Assembly (NCBI GenBank): GCA_951406725.2
Contig: OX597827.1
Coordinates: 10,168,001-10,232,000, forward strand
Direction: 5' to 3'
DNA: 64,000 nt
DNA from: Octopus vulgaris
Taxonomy: Eukaryota
Positions 43,463 through 55,883 of this stretch are shown here, piece by piece (positions within the stretch are counted from its first letter, which is position 1; each line of letters begins with the position of its first letter). The position numbers were made by a program, and so were the translations under genes. The notes beneath the pieces were generated by a model. The model saw only the letters and a program-made list of their open reading frames with translations. It made no database searches and had not been told where the DNA came from.

Positions 43463-44029
43463 CCCAGTACAAGAGTTAAAGTCATGATCTTGAGATGGTG
43501 AGCACAATATATTATCCATTAGGACATATTTGTTCACAGTCTGTCAACGAAAATATCTTTCCATTACAGTTATAAAATTTTCATAAATTACTAAGTCTTA
43601 TCAGTATTATTCTTATCTTATCCAGCAGAATTAAGCTTAAGCTGAAAGATGTACATCCATATATCAAAGTCGAAGATTATCATATAGTTTCACATTTTTT
43701 AAATGAAATAATATCACAATTCTGTATATCAGCAAATGTATAGATTCTACAAAAAATTGTTAATTATGTGTACTGAATCTAGCTTCTGAAATAAAATAAG
43801 TAGGTAGCTGAGTAGATGTAGATTATTTATGAAGATGATAGACACCTAATGTATAGAATTGCCAGACTCTCTTCTCTTCTTTATGAATACATGTATAAAT
43901 GAATGTTTGTATGTGCGTAGGTATCTCTTTAGGCACACATGTATGTATATATGCATATATGAATATATGTGTATGAATATATGTATGAATGGATGGATTG
44001 ACGTATATATATGTATGGATGTATGTATG

Positions 44030-44070
<41 letters not shown>

Positions 44071-44171
44071 AATAAAATCAAAAACAGAACACAAAGGATC
44101 TCTGCCACTAGCTGGCATATACAGGTGCTTACACTTATCAAGTATTCACCCTAAATTTGCAGTATATATAT

Positions 44172-44342
44172 ATAGCGATCCCTTCTCTGGATCTTTCCTT
44201 CTCCTATGTTTCCGATGAAGAGCTCCGCACGAAACGTTAAACCCTCCTTCTTTCCTTCTTTCCTGAGCGTCCAATAATACTATATTTGTTCCACGTCCTC
44301 GCGTTGTGTTTTCTCTTTGTGTTTTCATGTTTGGATTAACTT

Positions 44343-44345
<3 letters not shown>
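44172..44345 (+). mobile_element. Penelope-like terminal repeat with variant minimal hammerhead
   Basis: GTTT-CCGATGA-AGAGCTCCGCAC-GAAACGTT-AAAC; flanked by (TA)n; related in inverted orientation to 55185-55377. Confidence 0.45.
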
Positions 44346-44375
<30 letters not shown>

Positions 44376-44811
44376 GGATGAATGGCTGGCTGGATTTGTG
44401 TGTGTATGTTTGTATCTATGCAAGTATGTATATTTATATTGGTATATGTGCATGTTTTATCTTCCTGATTATGATTTCCTCCCCTCTGCTTCCTCCACCA
44501 ACTCCTCCTCATCCTCCATTTTCCTTCCCCTTCCCCTCTTCATCATCATCCTCATCTTAATATCCATTTCTCCATGCTTGCATGGATCAGATGGAGCTTC
44601 TTGAAACAAAATTTCTTCCAATTGGATACTCTCCCTGCTGCCAACTTTCACCTGTTTTCAAGGAAGATACTATTTCTCCATCACCAAATATGTTTACACA
44701 GAATATTGGAAATGAATGACACTGCCTGTATGACAGTGACACTCATTTACGACTATCATACAATGTCAAAACAATCAAATACAAACATACATACAGTCAA
44801 ACACATACATA

Positions 44812-45055
44812 CATCATCATCATCATCGTTTAACGTCCGTTTTCCATGCTATCATGGGTTGGACGGTTCAACTGGGGTCTGGGAAGCTAGGAGGCTGCAC
44901 CAGGCCCACTCTGATCTGGCAGTGTTTCTACAGCTGGATGCCCTTCCTAACGCCAACCACTTCGTGAGTGTAGTGGATGCTTTTTACGTGCCACCGGTAC
45001 AGGTGCCAGGGGAGGCTGGCAATGGCCACGATCGGTTGGTGCTTTTTACGTGCCA
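44812..45055 (-). mobile_element. Family D element
   Basis: Matches other copies. Confidence 0.8.
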
Positions 45056-45077
45056 TATATATATACACACACATCCG

Positions 45078-45114
<37 letters not shown>

Positions 45115-45288
45115 ATACATACATACATATATATATATAATGCACATGAGAAAAACAGAAAGAGGAATTTATGTTGTTTATTAATCACAACAGTCGTTTC
45201 AACACATCTTGCATTAATCCCTCACAGGTGAGATACAATAGAATTGGTTGTGGTGCAGCCTTCAGTGTAGTTATGTCTTGTATATGTA

Positions 45289-45328
<40 letters not shown>

Positions 45329-45423
45329 TATTTACATATAAACATATATATATGAAAAGATAGGCTTATATATATATGTGTGTGTATATATATATGTATG
45401 TATATGTATATATATATTTATAT

Positions 45424-45806
45424 ATATAAATTAGTGTACGTTTTTATACACAAGAGAGTTACACAGTTTCAATTCTAATCATTATTTGCTGCTGATTGTA
45501 GCTGCACATGCGTGGTGAATTTGAAAAATTAGAATATATATGGATGGAACATTTTTGTCTTCAGTGTTCAATAAACATGCATTAATCTTAGTATCCTTAC
45601 TGAAGAAGCACGGATGGCAAATTAATTTATTTGCACATTGATGCAGAAACTTGAGTACAAGGGTAACTGTTGAGGTGTTTTTATTTTTCATTCTCTTTGA
45701 AATTACTCTTATTCGTGGTTTGGGCTTTAACTACCCCTTCCATCATGTAAGGTGTTCTGTTAAAGGTCACCTCTTTTGTGTATAAAAAACGTACATTAAT
45801 TTATAT
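45424..45806. mobile_element. MITE with about 35-bp TIRs
   Basis: ATATAAATTAGTGTACGTTTTTATACACAAGAGAG vs CTCTTTTGTGTATAAAAAACGTACATTAATTTATAT. Confidence 0.7.
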
Positions 45807-45941
45807 GAAAAATATGTTGTCTTCTAACTTCATTACGCATGCTGGCCACTGGTAAAATATTCTTCTAAATTTTCTACCTTTATTATTTTCATATATTTAT
45901 ACATGCACACACGCACACACATAACACACACAGATGTATAT

Positions 45942-45986
<45 letters not shown>

Positions 45987-46083
45987 TTATACATACATAC
46001 ATATATACATACATACATATACATATGTACATATATATATATATAATTATATATGTATATATATGTATATGTATATATGTATA

Positions 46084-46150
<67 letters not shown>

Positions 46151-46393
46151 GTATGTACGTGTGTGTGGCGTGTGTGTGTTTGTGTGTGTGTGAATGATGC
46201 ATACAAACATAGAGTTTTAAGATGATAAAACAAATTATCAGAAATCCTTCAGTTTTGCATGGACTTCTCGAGGGTATTTTCTTATATCTTTTGTTTCAAA
46301 TACAAATGCATGTTTGGGAAGGTGGAGATGCGATCATTTGGCAGTCATGACTGTTGATGTTCATTTATCTACATGTCTGTGTTTGCACCATTA

Positions 46394-46427
46394 GTGGTGG
46401 TAGTAGTAGCAGTGGTGGTGGTGATGT

Positions 46428-46458
<31 letters not shown>

Positions 46459-46677
46459 TGTAGGGTGTAAGCACCATCACCCAATTGTCATCACCACGGC
46501 CACCACTTTAGGAAATGCAGTCCATGATAAAGTAATCAAGATGGTCATTGATGGAATGCCTTTGATCGCGAAGAACAACAATAGGCAACAGAGTAAAAGT
46601 TGCTGTTTCTTTCATATCTTAGTATAGTCAAGATGTGTAAATATAGATAACAAAGCATTACTGTCACGCTGCTGCTG

Positions 46678-46759
<82 letters not shown>

Positions 46760-47045
46760 GATGATGATGATGACCAACATTACTACTATCACTGCTAGTA
46801 TAACTACCACTACTACAACCATTATCAGTTGTATAACTACCCCCTATCACCATTACTATTACTACTCCTACTACTGCTACCACCAACAACAACAACAACT
46901 ACTCTACCACTACTACTACCATTGCTATCAGCAACTGCTGTAGAGCTATAACCATCACCACAATCACCACTAGTACTGTGGTGATAACTGCAACATTACT
47001 ACTACCACCACTAGTACCAACACCACAACTGCAACAACTATCATC
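46394..47045. repeat. Trinucleotide-rich tracts (GTA/GTG, then CTA/CCA)
   Basis: Direct reading; the two blocks are loosely complementary. Confidence 0.8.
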
Positions 47046-47237
47046 ATAACTCAAAACATAATCCCAGAATCATTGAATGGTCAGTAAGGATTGTATGGTA
47101 ATGTTATAACTTGAAATAATTGTTGTGGTGGTAGTATTTATGAAAGTGTACCAGGACTTGTCTTATGTCTTCAGATATAATTATCTTTTCTTTATTCTCC
47201 CATACTGTATTTTCCTCTCATACACACTACCACAAAC

Positions 47238-47268
<31 letters not shown>

Positions 47269-49039
47269 CTTTGAGACTCTCCATCTTTCTATATGCATAA
47301 GAGATACAGACTATAACTACAGAAAAAAATATAGGCACTGATAATGAGACATTGCTAAATAAATTAGGCACTACACAATAGTACCACATCATAAATGAGC
47401 AGTCTTGCAAAACTACCCCACATTACATTGAACCCCATGGACATTTTCTCATAACAGTTAAGGAAAGACAGCTGAGTTGAGATGTGACCATGTTGCAACA
47501 TCCTGTATTCTTGCAAAGTTCATTCCTCAAGGAACCTTGAACAAAGAAGAAAGAGAGGTGGACAGACTATATAAAGAAATGGACTGGTAAATCTTTGGCT
47601 GAAATTTGAACTCTGGCACAATTAGTTACAATCAAGTCGACAGTCTCAGTAAGTATACACAAGTATCCATGCATGTTCATGTACATGCTTACACACATGA
47701 ACAGACACGTACACACACATCCAGGCATAGATTCATATATAAATAGACTTATAAATATATATTCACACACACACACACACACACACACATTTGTGTGTGG
47801 GTAGTCTGGATTATTTCCTCATATATAAAGTTTCTTGTGAACAGCAATCATCAAGCATACAAAACCATTATGTGTGAGTAAAACGTTTAGTTTACCAAGA
47901 TGTCTGGCATAGATGTGTACAATATACACACATATACACACTCACAAGTACACACAAACATACACACTCTCTCTCTTCCTCTTTCTCTTTATTTTTCTCT
48001 CTCTCTCACTCTCACTCTCTCCCTCTTTCATATTGCACACACAAACAGACATGCCTACAGAATCACACATGCACTACGCAATTGAATATACTGTATATAT
48101 TTGCCTTTGCCAACTCACACCGACACACAAACCTAAACATAGATCATTTATAAACTACAAACTAAATATGAAAATTATTTGATAAATCATTAGAAAAATC
48201 CAAAACATTCCAGGATTCCATATTTTCTGAATTGGTTGCTACCTGGCTTCATATTTACTCCCATCAGTAATATTTTCCTGTCTGTTTTCCTGAAGCTAAA
48301 TGCAGATATGTGTCATGTAATTTGTGTATCATGCAGTACCAAAACTCTTATAGTGGCCATTAACATGTCTGGCTTCAGTGAAATACTCCATGTAGCCATT
48401 AGCTTTGATGAGAGAGCAAATATGTTTTGTTCCAAATTTGTGCAAATTTCCGACAGATATTACAAGATCCTCATCCATTGACTATTCTGTTCTGTTTACT
48501 TGAGTAGAAACTTGGAACAAAATGTATTTCTGAATTACAAATAATATTCAGAGTTCTGAAAACTTGTGTGATATTGCTATCAACATATACCAGGCATCTG
48601 ATATTAAATTAATGCAAACATGGCAACATGATAAAGAATTTTGGTTCAAAATCACGTATTTTCTACTTGTAGTATCAAGTTGACTAATGATTTGAAACTG
48701 TTTGATAGAAACTGTGTGGAAGCCTATAATGTACATATGAATGCCTATGTTTTCTTTCTTTTATCTCTTGCTTGGTTCAGTCATTGGTTTGTAGCCAAGA
48801 TGGGGACACAAATTAGAAGGGTTTAGTTGAACAAATAAATCCCAGTATTTATATTTAAGCCTCGTACTTTTCTATTGGTTTCATTTGACAAATTGCTAGA
48901 TTACAGGAATGTAAACAAGCCAAAACTGGTTGTCATTGTCAAGTGGAAGAGGGGTCGAACACAACCATGAAGACACACATGCACACACTCACGCATATCT
49001 GTGTATATATATATATATATAGATTAGGAGATCGAAAGT

Positions 49040-49082
49040 CCACCTGACGAATGTCATTGATGACATGAAACGATTGTAGTGG
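49040..49082 (+). ncRNA. Minimal type I hammerhead ribozyme, intact core
   Basis: CCAC-CTGACGA-ATGTCA ttga TGACAT-GAAAC-GATT-GTA-GTGG. Stems I and II pair perfectly; stem III is near-palindromic ACGATTGT. Confidence 0.8.
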
Positions 49083-49199
49083 CGGTTTATTTCTTTATAT
49101 TAAAAATTTTTATGTATTGATTAAGTCTTTCCTTGTTTGTTTTGCAAAGTAGTGGTTTTGTCTCGAATTATATTATATATATACATATATACATATATA

Positions 49200-49235
<36 letters not shown>

Positions 49236-49239
49236 TATA

Positions 49240-49525
49240 AAGGCAGCAAGCTGGTAGAAACGTTAGCACACCGGGCAAAATGCTTAGCGGTATTTCGTCT
49301 GCCGTTACATTCTGGGATGAAATTCCACCGAGGTTGACTTTGCCTTTCATCCTTTCGGGGTCAATCAAATAAGTACCAGTTACGCACTGAGGTTGATATA
49401 ATGGACTTAATCCGTTTGTCTGTCATTTCTCCCCTCTGTGTTTAGCTCCTTATGGGTAGTAAAGAAATAGGTATTTCGTCTGCCATTACATTCCGAGTTC
49501 AAATTCTGCCGAGGTCAACTTTGCC
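49240..49525 (+). mobile_element. SINE family C with partial tandem re-start
   Basis: Full copy to about 49470, then GGTATTTCGTCTGCC...GAGGTCAACTTTGCC repeated. Confidence 0.75.
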
Positions 49526-50540
49526 AACTTTGCCAGAAAGATAATTATAATGAAATGATTGATCAAAGTTTTGTCCTGTGTTGGCACTTAAGCCAGAGTT
49601 TAGAGATTGCTGTCCCATATGAAAACATTTTTTAATTTTCAAAGAATTTTCCTATATTTTTAATAGAGACAAAACTAAGATGACAATAGAATTGGCCAAT
49701 TAAAAGGTGATTACCCTGGTGGTGCCCCAGCATGGCCACAACCTTAGGGCTGAAACATATAAAAGAATAAATGAATTAAGGAATATATATGCATGTACAT
49801 ATGTATGTGGGTGTCTTTGTGTTTGTGCGTGTGTTTGTCCATTTCCCACCACCATTTGATGACTGGTATTGGTCTGTGTATGCCCTTGTAACTTAGCAGT
49901 TTCACAAAAGGGAGCAATAGAATAAGTACCAGAGTTAAAATTAAGCAGTGGGCTTGATTTGTTCAACTAAACCCTTAAAGGCAGTGCCCCAGCTGCAGTC
50001 CAACAACTGAAACAAGTAAAAACTAAAAGAAAAAAGAAACTACAGAAACAAAATCGTAGTCAGTTAACAATGAAAAAGAAAAATATATTTGATATTTGGG
50101 ACTAATTTATCCTACAACAGAGTGGGAAAAAAAAATCAAAGAGAAAAGAAGAGAAAGAAAAACACAGAATAATTGTCGCACGTGTGTTCAATTGTCTATC
50201 AGGAAGTAAGGTGAAAGTGAGATTGTGGAAGAAAGGGGATTTAGCTACAGGAGAATGCTACAACAAGGGAATTAAGATTGAGAAAAATCTTAAATAAATG
50301 TATGCTGGTTGTTGTGCATCTACATGCATGCAGGTTTTAGGTGTATGTGTGTGGTGTGTGTGTGTGTTGCGTGTATGCATATTTGTTCTGTGTGCATGTT
50401 GTACTTATGTTTATTATGAGTCTGTGTGTTGTTTTGTGCATGATAGTATTTAGCTATGTGAGAGCTGAATGTGTTGTGTGCATGTGTATGATGTGTGTTT
50501 ATTGTTTGAGTCTATTTCTTGACTGTGTTAACCCTTTAGC

Positions 50541-50931
50541 GTGGAGGCGCAATGGCCCAGTGGTTAGGGCAGCGGACTCGCGGTCATAAGATCGCGGTTT
50601 CGATTCCCAGACCGGGCGTTGTGAGTGTTTATTGAGCGAAAACACCTTAAAGCTCCACGAGGCTCCGGCAGGGGATGGTGGTGATCCCTGCTGTACTCTT
50701 TTACCATAACTTTCTCTCACTCTTACTTCCTGTTTCTGTTGTACCTGTATTTCAAAGGGCCGGCCTTGTCACTCTCTGTGTCACGCTGAATATTCCCGAG
50801 AACTACGTTAAGGGTACACGTGTCTGTGGAGTGCTCAGCCACTTACACGTTAATTTCATGAGCAGGCTGTTCCGTTGATTCGGATCAACCGGAACCCTCG
50901 TCGTCGTAACCGACGGAGTGCTTCCATATCC
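50541..50931 (+). mobile_element. SINE family B, inserted in a MITE TIR
   Basis: 11-bp TSD AACCCTTTAGC (50530 and 50932). Confidence 0.85.
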
Positions 50932-51471
50932 AACCCTTTAGCATTCAGATTACTCTGTTAAATGTATTGCTTATTTATTCACATTGTTTTGAGTGACCAG
51001 ATCCTGCCAATTTGAACATTAAACAGGTAGAATATTCCAGCCAGATATGTATAATCTAAATGGTAAAGGATTAAAATGCATATTCCAGTTCAATAGACCC
51101 ACCCCCATACAGATGATTTCACCAATAACACCTCTCTCATCCTTGAACAACTAAACTCATCCGTCTCCATTTTCAACTCTTTTACCCTTCTCTTGAATTT
51201 ACTTCTTCCATCTCAAACACCCTCGTCAACAACCTTGTTTGTGTAGCTGTGTGTTGAATTGTGGTGGCTTTTTAAGATTTTAAGTGTTGTGTGTATGGTT
51301 TTCGAATTGTAGTGACTCAATAAAGTTCTAAGTGTAATGCGCGAGTATTTGTGGAACCTTTTAATTAAGAAGGGTCAAGTCAATAAGTGTGTGTGTGTGT
51401 GTGTGCACGTGCATTCATGTATGTGTGAATGTGAACATGTGTATGTGACTATGCATGTTGTATGCTTAGTA

Positions 51472-51896
51472 TACTCTCTTTACTCTTTTACTCTTTTACA
51501 TGTTTCAGTCATTTGACTGCGGCCATGCTGGAGCACCGCCTTTAGTCGGTCGAATCGACCCCGGAACTTATTCTTTGTAAGCCCAGTACTTATTCTATTG
51601 GTCTCTTTTGCCGAACCGATAAGTGACGGGGACGTAAACACACCAGCATCGGTTGTCAAGCAATGCTAGGGGGACAAACACAGACCACACAAACACACAC
51701 ACGCATATATATATATATATATATACATATATACGACAGGCTTCTTTCAGTTTCCGTCTACCAAATCCACTCACAAGGCATTGGTCGGCCCGGGGCTATA
51801 GCAGAAGACACTTGCCCAAGATGCCACGCAGTGGGACTGAACCCGCAACCATGTGGTTGGTTAGCAAGCTACTTACCACACAGCCACTCCTGCGCC
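51472..51896 (-). mobile_element. SINE family A
   Basis: Full-length match. Confidence 0.85.
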
Positions 51897-52147
51897 TATA
51901 CATGTAAGTATACATGTAAGAAAAGAGTAAGTGCATGTAAGTGTGTGTGTTTGTTGAATTGTGATTGCTTAGTTTGGTTTTGTGTTTGATGTGTGTATAA
52001 TTAAGCAGTTGCAGAAAATAAAGATGACAATTAGCCCAATCCATTTGTTTGGGAAGTTTCTATATCGAACATAAGTTGTTGTTCTTGTTGGAGGTGGAAG
52101 TCAAGAACCCGTTATATAAGGTAAGTCCCAAAGCAACTGGGTAGTGG

Positions 52148-52362
52148 TAACGTTAGCACGCCGGGTGAAATGCTTAGCGGTGTTTCGTCTGCGTTACGTT
52201 GTGAGTTCAAATTCCGCCGAGGTCGACTTTGCCTTTCATCCTTTCGGGGTCGATAAATTAAGTACCAGTTACGCACTGGGGTCGATGTAATCGACTTAAT
52301 ACCCATGTCTGTCCTTGTTTGTCCCCTTTGTGTTTAGCCCCTTGTGGGTAATAAAGAAATAG
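52148..52362 (+). mobile_element. SINE family C
   Basis: Near-identical reverse complement of 52995-53228. Confidence 0.85.
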
Positions 52363-52994
52363 GTATGGTCAACTGAGCAGAAATGATGACTAAGAGGAGA
52401 CCAATGTGTTCAATTAACATCTTCATCATCATCATCTAGCGTCCATTTTCCATGTGGGCATGGGTTAGATGGATTGACTAGGACTGTTAAGCCAGAGAGC
52501 TGTAGCAGGGTCCAGTCTGATTTGGCTTGATTTCTATGGCTAGATGCCCTTCCTAATGCTGATCATTCCAAGAGTGTAGTGAATGCATTTTACATGTCAT
52601 CAGCATGAGTGTCTTTTATGTGTCGCTGGCACTGGCCACGATTACGATTTCACCTGGCTTGATGTGTCTTCTCAAGGACAACAAATCGCCAAAGGTCTCA
52701 ACCACTTGTCATCACCTCCAAGATTTGCATAATAGGGTGTTTTATGCAGCAGATATACATTTTGGCGGTAGAGATGAATGGCTTCTAGATATGGAAGCGT
52801 TGTTGTTTGGTCTGATAAGGATATTGTTTATAAAGGAAGGGCAAGTGTAAAAATGGATATGGGATCATTTAAAAGATAAGAGAGAAAATTAAGGAACAGG
52901 AGGGAAATAGTGAGGTCAGATTGGAAGGATCAGAAGCGTCTTAAGATGGTACCTTATAGAGTTAGTGTTGAAAGATGGGGAGTGGAAAGAGGAG

Positions 52995-53228
52995 TTATTT
53001 CTTTATTACCCACAAGGGGCTAAACACAGAGGGGACAAACAAGGACAGACATAGGTATTAAGTCGATTACATCGACCCCAGTGCGTAACTGGTACTTAAT
53101 TTATCAACCCCGAAAGGATGAAAGGCAAAGTTGACCTCGGCGGAATTTGAACTCAGAACGTAACGGCAGACGAAATACCGCAAAGCATTTTGCACGGCAT
53201 GCTAACGTTTCTGCCAGCTCACCACCTT
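52995..53228 (-). mobile_element. SINE family C
   Basis: 13-bp TSD GTGGAAAGAGGAG (52982 and 53229). Confidence 0.85.
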
Positions 53229-53744
53229 GTGGAAAGAGGAGCTGATTGTTCATGAGCCAGGTACAGTGTGAGAGGGTTGTAGGGTGATTGACTTCAGGAG
53301 TGCAGGTAAAGACAGCATAAACTAAGGAAGTAGCCAAATCATGTAAAGCAACACAACTTATGTAAAGACTGGATACGAATGTCATCAATATGGTTGCTGA
53401 GGTGAACGAATTGGGAGTAGGAGATGATGCATTTGGTATAAGAGAAGAAAGGGTTGAGGGAAGAGTAGGATTCTACTGGTTTGCTGCAGACAGATGTGAT
53501 GAAGATGGGTTGAGGATGGGTTGAGGATGATTGATGAAAATACAGATGACAAGGTTGTTGACAAGTGTGTTAAAGATGGAAGGAGTAAATTCAAGAGAAG
53601 AGTATAAGAGTTGAAAATGGAGATGAATGAGTTTAGTTGTTCAAGGATGAGAGAGGTGTTATTGGTGAAATCATCTGTATGGGGGTGGGTCTAGTGAACT
53701 GGAATATCCATTTTATTCCTTTACCATTTAAATCATACATATCT

Positions 53745-53975
53745 GTGGAGGCGCAATGGCCTAGTGGTTAGGGCAGCGGACTTGCGGTCGGAGGATCGCG
53801 GTTTCGATTCCCAGACCGGGCGTTGTGTGTGTTTATTGAGCGAAAAAAACACCTAAAAGCTCCACGAGGCTCCGGCAGGAGGTGGTGATCCCTGCTGTAC
53901 TCTTTCACCACTCTAAAGGCGGTGCTCCAGCATGGCCGCAGTCAAATGACTGAAACAAGTACAAAAAAAAAAAAA
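53745..53975 (+). mobile_element. Chimeric SINE: family B head, family A tail, poly(A)
   Basis: B sequence to CTCTTTCACCAC, then TAAAGGCGGTGCTCCAGCATGGCCGCAGTCAAATGACTGAAACAAGTA; TSD ATATCT. Confidence 0.8.
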
Positions 53976-54820
53976 ATATCTGGCTGCAATATTCTACCTG
54001 TTTAATGTTCAAATTGGCAGGATCTGGTCACTCACACTTACCCTACAATGTTATTCTAAAAATAAACAAGCAAATTAACGAAATGTGAATAATGTGAATA
54101 AATAAGCAATACATTTGACAGAATAATCTGAATGCTAAAGGGTTGACATAGTCAAGAAATAGGCTCAGACAGTTGGGGACCTGTTCTACTTTCTATGACC
54201 ACTCAAGAGATTTGGTGGTTTGTTTCACTGGAAAAGAGAAGTAACTGAGAGTGAGGATGAGTTCAGCAAGGGGGAAAAGGTTGGTTGTAGTGGGGTCTAG
54301 CATGGGCAAGAGAAAACATAGTGCACAAAAGCAAAGGGATCATCATTGTGTGGGATGACAGCATGAACATATTTAATGTATTTAATGTCTCTAGTGAAGA
54401 GCTACCAAGAGGGGCCAGAGAGAAAAAAAAGGAGTCAACAAACAATACAGTGGATATGGCTGGCTTTGTGAATATGGTGGAGAGAGAAGTGAGGCAAACA
54501 AGGATGGGAATGAAATCAAGATATTTAGAATGAAATTCAGTGGTGCACTTGCGGCTCAGAATGGTGTAGCAGTCAAGGTGGCAGGGTTTACAAATATTTT
54601 AGAACAAAAATTTATTGTGGAGGTGCAGGGTGTGATGATGAGGTTGAAGTCCTCCTCCTCCCCTCCTCTTCCTCCTCCTCCCCTTCCTCCTCCTCCTCAT
54701 CATCATCATCGTCATCGTTGTCGTCATCCTCCTCCTCCTCCTCCTCCTCCTCCTCATCATCATCATCATTTAATATCCATGTTCCATGCTTGCATGGGTA
54801 GATACACACACACATATATC

Positions 54821-54944
<124 letters not shown>

Positions 54945-55150
54945 CAGATTGATAGATATAGATACAGAAAATTCTTTTTTCATTTATGGGAAATGTTTTT
55001 AAGCTTGCATATAAAAGCTTCTATTCTATTATGCCAGCTACAGTCTAATGATACCAACTAGCAATAGCAGTTTTATGGGGTTGTAGTGAGCTGTGCCAAT
55101 AGAAATACATACATACATACATACATACATACATACATACATACATGCAT

Positions 55151-55184
<34 letters not shown>

Positions 55185-55185
<1 letters not shown>

Positions 55186-55374
55186 GGGGGAGAGTTTACG
55201 AAAAAAACAAAAGACAAAGACAGGTGGTGTACAAAACAAACAGATGTATTAGTATAATGCTCAGGAATAGAAAAAGTCGTTTATGTTTCGAGCCTACCCT
55301 CTTCTACAGAAAGGGACACAAAGAGAAACAAAGAGAGAAAAAAGTGTGTTTAGTGGCTAACGATCTATCATGGT

Positions 55375-55377
<3 letters not shown>
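55185..55377 (-). mobile_element. Penelope-like terminal repeat with degenerate minimal hammerhead
   Basis: Minus strand TTT-CTGTAGA-AGAGGGTAGGCTC-GAAACATAAA; flanked by (TA)n; same layout as 44172-44345. Confidence 0.4.
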
Positions 55378-55433
<56 letters not shown>

Positions 55434-55440
55434 CACACAC

Positions 55441-55491
<51 letters not shown>

Positions 55492-55571
55492 GTACTGTTA
55501 GCGTTCCGCATTTCAGTCGAGTGTGTTAGTATTAATGTGGTAACATCGTAGATTTCGTCTTGGTATATGTT

Positions 55572-55641
55572 TGGCTGATGAAGGTAAAACAAAATATGGG
55601 TGAGAGACATATCTTGTAAAACCTGAAACCTGCAGGTACCA
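55572..55641 (+). ncRNA. Type I hammerhead ribozyme, intact core
   Basis: TGG-CTGATGA(55575-81)-AGGT..stem II..ACCT-GAAA(55625-28)-palindromic stem III ACCTGCAGGT-GTA cleavage triplet(55636-38)-CCA. Confidence 0.8.
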
Positions 55642-55833
55642 CATTATCCTTTTCCGGGTGTTTCATCTTTCAGATGTTCTCCCTGGGGGTAAGACGTTTT
55701 TTTCTCTAATTTGTTGCACACACGCATTTTTGCTAATACATACACGGTGAAGCTACACATTAGCGTCGTATTTTTACGTTCGCTATTTCCAGTAAATATC
55801 GGTACTTAGTTGTGCCATTTATTTACTAATTTG

Positions 55834-55883
<50 letters not shown>

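Larger units (their letters stand above)
50503..54171. repeat. Inverted duplication, arms 50503-51238 and 53549-54171
   Basis: For example CCCACCCCCATACAGATGATTTCACCAATAACACCTCTCTCATCCTTGAACAACTAAACTCAT has its exact reverse complement at about 53628-53690. Confidence 0.85.

Noticed and set aside
52730-54520. Purine-rich segments as a coding region
   Set aside because: Short broken ORFs only; probably an old minus-strand LINE remnant, but no motif was clear enough to call.
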